Source of the DNA: Bugula neritina
Taxonomy: Eukaryota > Animalia > Bryozoa
NCBI GenBank assembly: GCA_964035545.1
Contig: OZ037766.1
Coordinates: forward strand, 31,734,773 to 31,798,772
Direction of reading: 5' to 3'
DNA: 64,000 nt
Shown here: positions 54,192 through 64,000 of the stretch, piece by piece
How the letters are laid out: each line of letters starts with the position of its first letter
Numbering within the stretch: the stretch's first letter is position 1
Notes under the pieces: generated by a model
Database searches by the model: none
What the model was told of the DNA's origin: nothing
Seen by the model: the letters and a program-made list of their open reading frames with translations, nothing else
Position numbers and translations under genes: made by a program

Positions 54192-57122
54192 TCATTTTCT
54201 ACTAGTCGGTCTATCATTAATATTTTCTTTATTCCTGCTGCTTGATTTTGATTTGATACTAGGAGTTTTCTTCTTTTTTCTAGTCTTGGTAGATGCTTTA
54301 GAAAGTTTTGTGTACAGAGTGCCATTATAGTCATAGTCAGTATAATCATCCTTTTTAATGTGACTACTCTGTAATGCTACGATCATTCTTTTAGTTTTTC
54401 TTCTTTGATATTGAATCCACCCAACAGCTACCTGAAATATCCACTATGAATTTCAAATCTTTCATTTTGAAATGTTTGAAGGCAGACTTTAAAATTTGTT
54501 ATTTAATGCTTATAGCAATTGAATTTTTAGTATAATTTTTCAAATTGAATGTCAATAAACTAAAATCTTGAGTACATTTAAAATACTTTGAGCATACAAG
54601 ACTATAAAAACATTTGGTGTGATGAAGGAAATGTGATTTGTCTAAACATTTTTCATGTGCATGTATGGTTATATCTTTCTTTAATATACAAACTAATAAG
54701 CAACAGTTGATATTATTCTTGTTACTATACAAGAGTAATTATTACCTTAATTAGTAGTTACTAACTTCGAATTATTAGGAAAAATGTTAATAGTTGTTCA
54801 ATAAAATTAGTTGATTCAGTCATCAACACTTTAATAATTAGACCAGCCACTACGACATTACTATAGCAACCAGACACTATGGTTACTGGTTACTAAGGTA
54901 ACCAATCACCATGATTATTAGTTACTCAGGTAACCAATCACTGTGGTTACTGGCTACTCAAGTGACTAGTTACTATAATTACTGGTTACTATGGTAACTA
55001 GCTACTATGGTGACCATACTATACCAACTGCAGTCACTATGGTAACCAGTTTATATATAGCTATTAGTGTCTATTCTCTATAATGCTGTGTTTTAAATTG
55101 CTACTCACCAGGCTAGCCATGAACATTATGATTATGACTATTTCCAGCACTACAATGGGCAGGCTTCTATAACTCACATAGTTCTTTGCAGCGCTACCTG
55201 AAGTTTAGCAAAACAACTTTTTGCGCTTTTTTACTAGAAAACACTAAATCAAGTAATACAAATAGTAAACTAAGTAACAGTACCACTTCGTTATACTCAA
55301 GATACATGCACACATCAACAATTTTTGATAAGAGTAGAGGTTAGTGTGTTGAGTATATGCTTGGTTTTCAGCTACAGTTTAGGTACAAAAAACAATAGGC
55401 TAAAACGTAATTTGGTTCTGTAGCAAATTTGACTCTTTGTGCCTTTATATACTTTTTATACAGTTAACTTCATGTTAAAAGCACACATCTTAACAATTTT
55501 GTGCAAAAAGTCTAAACATAATTATTTCTGTACTATGTAAGGAATTACAGTGTAACATTTCAAGACATCACGTCAATAAATATGCTGATAGTTTTTTTAA
55601 TCCATATTTCTCAGATTTGTATGAAAATAATAGGTTGGTATGAAGTTTAAGGTAGGTAAGATGCTCTTACAAAATGACTTACCAACAGTTGCAGTTAAAT
55701 TGAACGGACCCTGGTCGTTCTCGCCATCTACATCTAAAAAATACAACTCAGCTTCAAGCTCTTGTGCTGCTGCTAGCTTTCTATACCCATCTTCTTTTCT
55801 TCTAGTAGCCAAATTAAAGGTATGTTCAGCGTCATTCCTACAAGTAATTATATAATATTAGTAAGGGTGGCAATTGAATCACGCGCAATATTAGTATTAC
55901 TGGAACTTTTCATTATTTAATGATTTCCCTGCAAGCATCAAACACTATTAACTATAAATAGTTAAGTAGCAATTTAGTTTATCAATTATAAGGCAATCAA
56001 CAATACATTTTTAGGACTTGATATTTTTCTAATGCAAGAAAAAGAAATTATGTTGTTCAACCTACTTTAGGCTTGTAACTAGTTCAAACAATGTGTTATA
56101 GCTGACATATTTACTATTGCATGAACCTCCCCAGTTTGTTTGATTGAATGTTTTATACCTGGTGTAGAGAAGAGGAAATGTGAGATTGAAGCCAATGTTG
56201 TCTTCCACAAGTCGTACAAAACTTGGAGCAAGATATTGGTAGGCAAACATTAGTACCATTGTTTTTCTATTGGGAAATTTTACTAAAATCTTTTCACCAA
56301 CATCAAATATTCCTTCTAAAAATGGAAAAATATTGTGGAGAAAATTTGTTTTTTTTCAATCTATAATTTCTACAACTTTACAGAAACAAGTTAGAAATGT
56401 TCTCTAACTGCTTTATGATTGATACTAATCAACTACTAAACCAGGTATATAGTATAGAGTATTTCCTATTAACATTTGTCTACAATTACTGTTTAGGATT
56501 TGTGTGTCCTATTTTCAGTATAAGTTGTAGACCAGCTTTCAGCAATCATTGATTATGCAAAATTAGAAAACCAGGCAAAACTTTTTGCTCACAAATGAGA
56601 AGCAATTTCGTTGTCCTTAAGGCATAGTTTGATCAATTTAGAACAAAAATGTTTAAAAAGAGTAGTTAGTTTTGAGAAGTACTTCTTGATAGCAATGAGT
56701 ATGATTTATCTCAAGTTCAGACGTTTTAAGAAGACTTGCAATCTGACTGTCACTTTATTTAGATGTATGTGGCAACGAAAGTTTTAAAATGTAATTGTTT
56801 TTGTAAATGAAAAACTCCTAAACCACTTGCTCAAACAACTTAATTCAAATCCTAAACAATGTGTGAGCTTTTCCTTGCTACAAGATTTCTATAATACGAA
56901 AGATACTGTTTATATAAGTTGTGATGAGTTAATACTTGATCTTATGGTTATCTCCTCCTTAGAAACAGAGTAGCCTTGTGTATAAGAATAAACCTTGACT
57001 TTTACTGTCTTTGTCACTCCATTACCAAACAGAGAATCTCTGACAATATTGAATGAGTATCTATAGTATCTTCCTTTAAATTCTTTTTTATTAATCACTC
57101 TGAAGTGCTCTGCAACAAATAC

Positions 57123-57212
<90 letters not shown>

Positions 57213-59432
57213 CTACAGTATATGTACATATTTGGTACTATGGTAGACACACAACAACATAAACATAAAGTAAACTGAAAAACTTACCTACAGCAATAAC
57301 TCTCACACTACATGTTGTGCATATCATTTCTACTTTTTTGATGTAGCTGCTCACTTGGCCCATTTGGAAACTAACAGTTTCAAACCCGTCAAAAGATAAA
57401 TTTGTCGGTCGTTGGAAAAGAACTAAAAACCAAGTTCTGGTAATTAGTAATACAATGCCCTCCGATTTGATATTTATAGCCAATACCTGGCAAACTAGGT
57501 TGGCCAAAGCTCTATTATGTTGTAATTAATAATTAAGTTCATTTTTAGTCTTCTTCAAAGGTAATGACGCTAGCCTTTTTGCTATATATTGCATAAAGCA
57601 AATAGTAATGCTGTATAGTTACTTCTATTGTATATATATAGTATATGGTGTATAGCATATATAGTGTATAGTATATGGTATATATGGTATATGGCATATA
57701 GTGTATAGTATATGGTATATGGTATATGGTATATGGCATATAGTGTATAGTATATGGTATATGGTATATGGCATATAGTGTATAGTATATGGTATAGATT
57801 TCTTCATGTGATTGACCTCATGGTTGATACAAGCAGACTAGGACTATGACAGGCTAAACTTTCTATAACTGTAGTATGAGCAAATTTGAGTTGCAGAATA
57901 TAGTGTTCCACTTACCATAGTAGATTGTTATCTTTGCTTTTCTTGAAAGTTTGTTTTGACGAGTTATTCCTTGAATATTTATTGAGTAGTTTCGGTTGGG
58001 AGACAAGTTCCATTCTCTGAAGGCAAACAAGGGTGCCGCTGTAACAATCAATGAGTTGGTGAATTACATTCTCTATCTCTCTCTTTCTCTCGATCTTCAC
58101 ACACACACAGGCACACACAGGCACACACAGGCACACACAGGTACACACAGGCGCGCACACAGGCACACGCAGGCACACACAGGTACACACAAGCACACGC
58201 AGGCACACACAAGCACACACAGGCACACACAAGCACACGCAGGCACACACAGGCACACACAAGCACACGCAGGCGCACACAGGCACACACAGGCACACAC
58301 AGGCACACACAGGTACACACAGGCACACCCAGGTACACACAGGCACACGCAGGGACACAATGTTACCATTAAGGAACTTACCAAGACGTTTACTTTTACT
58401 ACAAGGGGCATCACAAGTTATGTAATATCCTTTGAAAACTTGAGTGTTGTCCCACAACAAGTAGAGATCGAATATTATTCTTAAGCCTGCAGGTTTTGCT
58501 ACGAAATCTGTAAAGACACAAACAACTGGTTATAGTCTAATAAAGACAATTAATTCAATATTTTTTCAAAAAATTAAATTGTGTTATTATCTTTGCCTAT
58601 TTGCAGCAGCTTGTGATGCCTATAAAGAAACAGGTTCCTTAAAACATATGCATGATGAAGTATAGCAAGTAAAAGCACATGAAAGCTTGGCTAACAGTTT
58701 GAAAATTTGAAAAGGTTTTAATTTTACTTTTTAGTTCATTTTAACCTTTCCTTTATGTTAAAACATGCTATAACATGTAATTTTGTATAAGATATTACTG
58801 AGCAATGTAATATAATTTTCAACATTGTTAAATGTTGAAACATATGATCCTATATTATAACGAGCAATATAACATCATTTGGTAATATTGTAATATCACT
58901 TCTTCTAATTGCTGGCCAAACAGCTATAGTAGAGTTACCCCATGCCATGCATCCGTCTACTAGGTGAATCAATTAGTAAAATATAAAATGGCTATGCTGT
59001 TAAATGTATATAAAGCTACATTTTAAAAATTAAAACTTCCACATGATTTTGTAAAACTTGTATAAGTCTCACTTACCATCTAACTCATAATTTGCCTGTC
59101 TACCCACTCTTAGCAGAGCTCCTGTTGAGTTTTCATCTGTTAAACTGAAAGTAAATTATAGTGTGTTGATTCTAACAACTGTGTCTGATTGCTTTAATGG
59201 TTTATATAACTAATCACAAAACTCGCTGCTCACCCCAGGCAGCAAAGTGTAACTAGATAAATTTGCATATCTTAAGCAGCATTCTGTTGAAAAGTGAATA
59301 AACTAAAACATCATCAGTGAAAAACATATTCGCATCAACTACTAAGACCTCAGGCTATCAAACTTACCCCTCAACAAAGCAGCTGTAGACTGCAAAACCC
59401 AGAAACAAGACTGAAAGATGTTGACTCATCAT
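54192..59432 (-). CDS. Type-I membrane receptor with FN3-like ectodomain (copy 1, about 10 exons)
   Basis: Signal exon 59432-59368 (MMSQHLSVLFLGFAVYSCFVEG), then in-frame exons about 59144-59077, 58507-58382, 58038-57915, 57422-57288, 57110-56936, 56316-56159, 55838-55683, 55195-55109 and 54432-54192. FN3-like motifs: LYLLWDN...GYYITC, NLSPNRNYSINIQG, RPTNL. TM LPIVVLEIVIIIMFMASL|VAVGWI; tail YTDYDYNGTLYTKL plus a Lys-rich end. The FN3 call is by eye. Confidence 0.72.
58098..58352. repeat. 10-bp minisatellite (caggcacaca)n, intronic
   Basis: Directly visible. Confidence 0.9.
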
Positions 59433-59560
59433 ATGTCTATGAACTACTATAAGTTAGTTTCCACTGGTTGATTTATTTCTCTTTTTACTCTAACAATGCT
59501 CAGCAACACACATTCCTGCAAAGAATTCTTTAATAGACAATATCATAGTGAAAATACTGG

Positions 59561-59957
59561 TGAGTGTTGTGTCTGTAGTATTGTGAGTGTTGTGTCTGTA
59601 GTATTTTTAGTGTCGTGTCTGTAGTATTGTGAGTGTTGTGTCTGTAGTATTGCTATAGTGTTGTGTCTGTAGTATTGCTAGTGTTTTGTCTGTAGTATTG
59701 CTAGTGTTTTGTCTGTAGTATTGCTAGTGTTTTGTCTGTAGTATTGCTAGTGTTTTGTCTGTAGTATTGCTAGTGTTTTGTCTGTAGTATTGTGAGTGTT
59801 GTGTTTGTAGTATTGTGAGTGTTGTGTCTGTAGTATTGCTAGTGTTTTGTCTGTAGTATTGCTAGTGTTTTGTCTGTAGTATTGCTAGTGTTTTGTCTGT
59901 AGTATTGTGAGTGTTGTGTCTGTAGTATTGTGAGTGTTGTGTCTGTAGTATTGTGAG
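59561..59957. repeat. 23-bp minisatellite (tagtattgctagtgttttgtctg)n at the tandem-duplication junction
   Basis: Directly visible. Its last unit runs into the sequence shared with 53895 onward. Confidence 0.93.
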
Positions 59958-60246
59958 TTTTATCAACCCATGTTTCTAATCAGTATTATATTTTAGGTGT
60001 TTGTTATTACTTTTGTTGTAGAATATTACACCATACATTTTTTCATAAACAAATTACTATATAAAATAGATAAATTAGCCAACAGTAAACAAATAAACTC
60101 TTCAAAATTGAATAAACATTTGCAGTGTTCTGATATTCATTCTGAGTGAATTAGACTAAAAATTCACAAGATATACATAAAGTTTCAACACAAGCTGCTG
60201 TCTTAACATCATTGTTTCCTTTCGAGATACAAGTCAATAAATCTTC

Positions 60247-63200
60247 TCATTTTCTACTAGTCGGTCTATCATTAATATTTTCTTTATTCCTGCTGCTTGA
60301 TTTTGATTTGATACTAGGAGTTTTCCTCTTTTTTCTAGTCTTGGTAGATGCTTTAGAAAGTTTTGTGTACAGAGTGCCATTATAGTCATAGTCAGTATAA
60401 TCATCCTTTTTAATGTGACTACTCTGTAATGCTACTATCATTCTTTTAGTTTTTCTCCTTTGATATTGAATCCACCCAGCAGCTACCTGAAATATCCACT
60501 ATGAGTTTTAAATCTTTCATTTTGAAATTTTTGAAGGCGAATTTTAAAATGTGTTATTTAATGCTTAGCAATTGTATTTTTAGTATATTTTTTCAAAATG
60601 AATGTCAATAAACTAAAATCTTGGGTACATTTAAAATACCCTGAGCATACAAGACTTTAAAAACATTTGGTATGATAAAGGAAATGTGATTTATCTAAAT
60701 ATTTTTCATGTGCATGTATGGCTATATCTTTCTTTAATATACAAACTAATAAGCAACAGTTGATACTTTTCTTGTTACTATACAAGAGTAATTATTACCT
60801 TAATTAATAGTTACTAACTTCGAATTATTAGGAAAAATGTTAATAGTTGTTCAATAAAATTAGTTGATTCAGTCATCAACACTTTAATAATTTATAGACC
60901 AGCCACTACGACATTACTATAGCAACCAGTCACTATGGTTACTGGTTACTAAGGTAACCAATCACCATGATTATTAGTTACTCAGGTAACCAATCACTAT
61001 GGTTACTGGCTACTCAAGTGACCAGTTACTATGATTACTGGTTACTATGGTAACTAGCTACTATGGTGACCATACTATACCAACTGCAGTCACTATGGTA
61101 ACCAGTTTATATATAGCTATTAGTGTCTATTCTCTATAATGCTGTGTTTTAAATTGCTACTCACCAGGCTAGCCATGAACATTATGATTATGGCTATTTC
61201 CAGCACTACAATGGGCAGGTTTCTATAATTCACATAACTCTTTGCAGCGCTACCTGAAGTTTAGCAAAACAACTTTTTGTGCTTTTTCACTAGAAAACAC
61301 TAAACCAAGTAATACAAATAGTAAACTAAATAACAGTACCACTTTGTTATACTCAAGACGCATGCACACATCAACAATTTTTGATAAGAGTAGAGGTTAG
61401 TGTGTTGCATGGATATATGCTTGGTTTTCAGCTACAGTTAAATTTAAGCACAAAAAACAATAGGCTAAAACGTGGTTTGTTTCAGCAGCAAATCTGACTC
61501 TTTGTGCCTTTATATACTTTTTATACAGTTAACTTCATGTTAAAAACACACATCTTAACAATTTTGTTCAAAAAGTTTAAACATAATTATTTCTGTACTA
61601 TGTAAGGAATTACAGTGAAACATTTCAAGACATCACGACAATAAATATGCTGATAGTTTTTTTTTAATCCATATTTCTCAGATTTATATGAAAATAATAT
61701 GTTGGTATGAAGTTTAAGGTAAGATGCTCTCACAGTATGACTCACCAACAGTTGCAGTTAAATTGAACGGACCCTGGTCGTTCTCTCCATCTACATCTAA
61801 AAAATACAACTCAACCTCAAGCTCTTGTGCTGCTGATAGCTTTCTATACCCATCTTCTTTTCTTCTAGTAGCCAAATCAAAGGTATACTCAGCGTCATTC
61901 CTACAAGTAATTATATAATATAAGTAAGGGTGGCACTTGAATCACGCGCAATCTTAGTATTACTGGAACTTTTCATTATTTAATGATTTCCCTGCAAGCA
62001 TCAAATACTATTAACTATAAATAATTGATTAGCAATTTAGTTTATGAATTATAAGGCAATCAGCAATAAATTTTAAGGACTTGATATTTTTCTAATGCAA
62101 GAAAAAATAATTATGTTGTTTAACCTACTTTAGGCTTGTAACTAGTTCAAACAATGTGTTAGCTGACATATCGACTATTGCATGAAATACCCAGTTTGTT
62201 TGATTGAATGTTTTATACCTGGTGTAGAGAAGAGGAAATGTGAGATTGAAGCCAATGTTGTCTTCTGCAAGTCGTACAAAACTTGGAGCAAGATATTGGT
62301 AGGCAAACTTCAGTACCATGGTTTTTCTATTGGGAAATTTTACTAAAATCTTTTCACCAACATCAAATATTCCTTCTAAAAATAGCAAAATATTGTGGAG
62401 AAAATTTGTGTTTTTTTTTCAATCTATAATTTCTACAACTTTACAGAAACAAGTTAGAAATGTTCTCTAACTGCTTTATGATTGATACTAATCAACTACT
62501 AAACCAGGTATATAGTTTAGAGTATTTCCTATTAACATTTGTCTACAATTACTGTTTAGGAGTCGTGTGTCCTATTTTCAGTATCAGTTGTAGACCAGCT
62601 TCCAGCAATCATTGATTATGCAAAATTAGAAAACCAGGCAAAACTTTTTGCTCACAAATGAGAAGCAATTTCGTTGTCATTAAGGCATAGTTTGATCAAT
62701 TTAGAACAAAAATGTTTAAAAAAGATGGCAAAAATTTAATTCATTCCCTAATTTCAAATCTTATTTTTATCACTTGAAAAAGAGTAGTTAGTTTTGAGAA
62801 GTACTTCTTGATAGCAATGAGTATGATTTATCTCAAATTCAGACGTTCTAAGAAGACTTGCAATCTGACTGTCACTTTATTTAGATGTATGTGGACAAAA
62901 GTTTTGAAATCTGATGATGAGAAGGCAATCCCTAATTTTTTTGTAAATAAAAAACACTTAAACCGCTTGCTCAAACAACTTAATGCACTCATTGTGTATG
63001 ATGTGTGAGCGTTTCTTTGCTACAAGATTTCTATAATACGAAAGAACTGTTTCTAAGTTGTGATGAGTTAATACTTGATCTTATGGTTATCTCCTCATTA
63101 GAAACAGAGTATCCTTTCGCATAAGAATAAACCTTGACTTTTACTGTCTTTGTCACTCCATTACCAAACAGGGAATCTCTGACAATATTGAATGAGTATC

Positions 63201-63272
63201 TATGTAATCTTCCTTTAAATTCTTTTTTATTAATCACTCTGAAGTGCTCTGCAACAAATATATATAGATATA

Positions 63273-63337
<65 letters not shown>

Positions 63338-63665
63338 AAATGAGTGTTTATAAAACGTTACTAGAGTGCTCATTCTTTATAAGCCACAGTTATCTTCCCT
63401 CAATAAGCGCTATGACTTTTTATCCATATGCAGACATAGTAGTAAATTTCTACTCAAGAATGCTGTAACATAGCCAATTAATTCCAATGCTACCTCTTTG
63501 TTATATTTTGATCTTCTAGCTTTAATCTGTGTATATTTACATATTACATTATTTATAGTTGTAAGCAATCATAGTGGCTAATTTATCTGACGAGTGCACA
63601 TCGTTCTTGTGTACGAAACTACTAGTAATAAATGCCATTATATTAATCAAATCTCATTTTACTTC

Positions 63666-63740
<75 letters not shown>

Positions 63741-63901
63741 ATAAAGTAAACTGAGAAACCTACCTACAGCAATAACTCTCACACTACATGTTGTGCATAT
63801 CATTTCCACTTTTTTGAGGAAGCTGCTCCCTTGACCCATTTGGAAACTAACAGTTTCAAACCCGTCAAAAGCTAAGTTGGTTGGTCGTTGCAAAAGAACT
63901 A
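60247..63901 (-). CDS. FN3-like type-I receptor, tandem copy 2 (5' exons lie beyond the window end)
   Basis: High similarity to copy 1 in exons and introns from about 59947 to 64000. Same TM (NLPIVVLEIAIIIMFMASL|VAAGWI) and a near-identical tail. Confidence 0.72.
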
Positions 63902-64000
63902 AAAACCAAGTTTTGGTAATTAGTAATACAATGCCATCTGACCTGATATGTATAGCAAATAACTGACAAATTAGGTTGACAAAAGCTTTTTTATGTTGTA

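Noticed and set aside
59234-59283. Possible extra small exon in the FN3-like gene
   Set aside because: Including it breaks phase with the next exon. Exon 1 splices in frame directly to 59144.
62125-62200. Apparent frameshift in FN3-like copy 2 (NWVFHAIVD vs NWGGSCNSK)
   Set aside because: The phase-2 donor TAC ACC AG|gtataa lies before the difference, so the indel is intronic. It is not evidence of a pseudogene.

Overview
AT-rich, intron-rich animal genomic DNA, probably from an invertebrate (taxon cannot be fixed from the sequence). The left part is conventional: the 3' end of a PDGFR/VEGFR-type receptor tyrosine kinase (+), ZBBX (-) and a head-to-head DHHC palmitoyltransferase (+). From about 17.4 kb to the end of the window is a cluster of six single-pass membrane-protein genes, reconstructed here by manual GT-AG splicing. 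(i) Two tail-to-tail inverted paralogues carry an EGFR-type ectodomain (L1-CR-L2-CR). It apparently lacks the dimerisation arm, has two F-type-lectin/galactose-binding-like domains inserted at a phase-1 intron, and has no kinase; the tail is instead Tyr/acidic-rich with ITAM-like motifs and a polybasic end. (ii) Two small adaptor-like proteins have short ectodomains and YAKV or YSSV motifs. (iii) A tandemly duplicated FN3-like receptor has a Glu in its TM segment and an ITSM-like motif. All six share a phase-0 intron inside the TM helix and a single exon for the cytoplasmic tail. Paralogue B also holds a very young gag-protease-only LTR element (identical 122-bp LTRs) and a Tourist-like MITE, both with empty sites in paralogue A. 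Many micro- and minisatellites account for most long ORFs in the six-frame track. Domain calls come from motif recognition by eye and have not been confirmed by database search.
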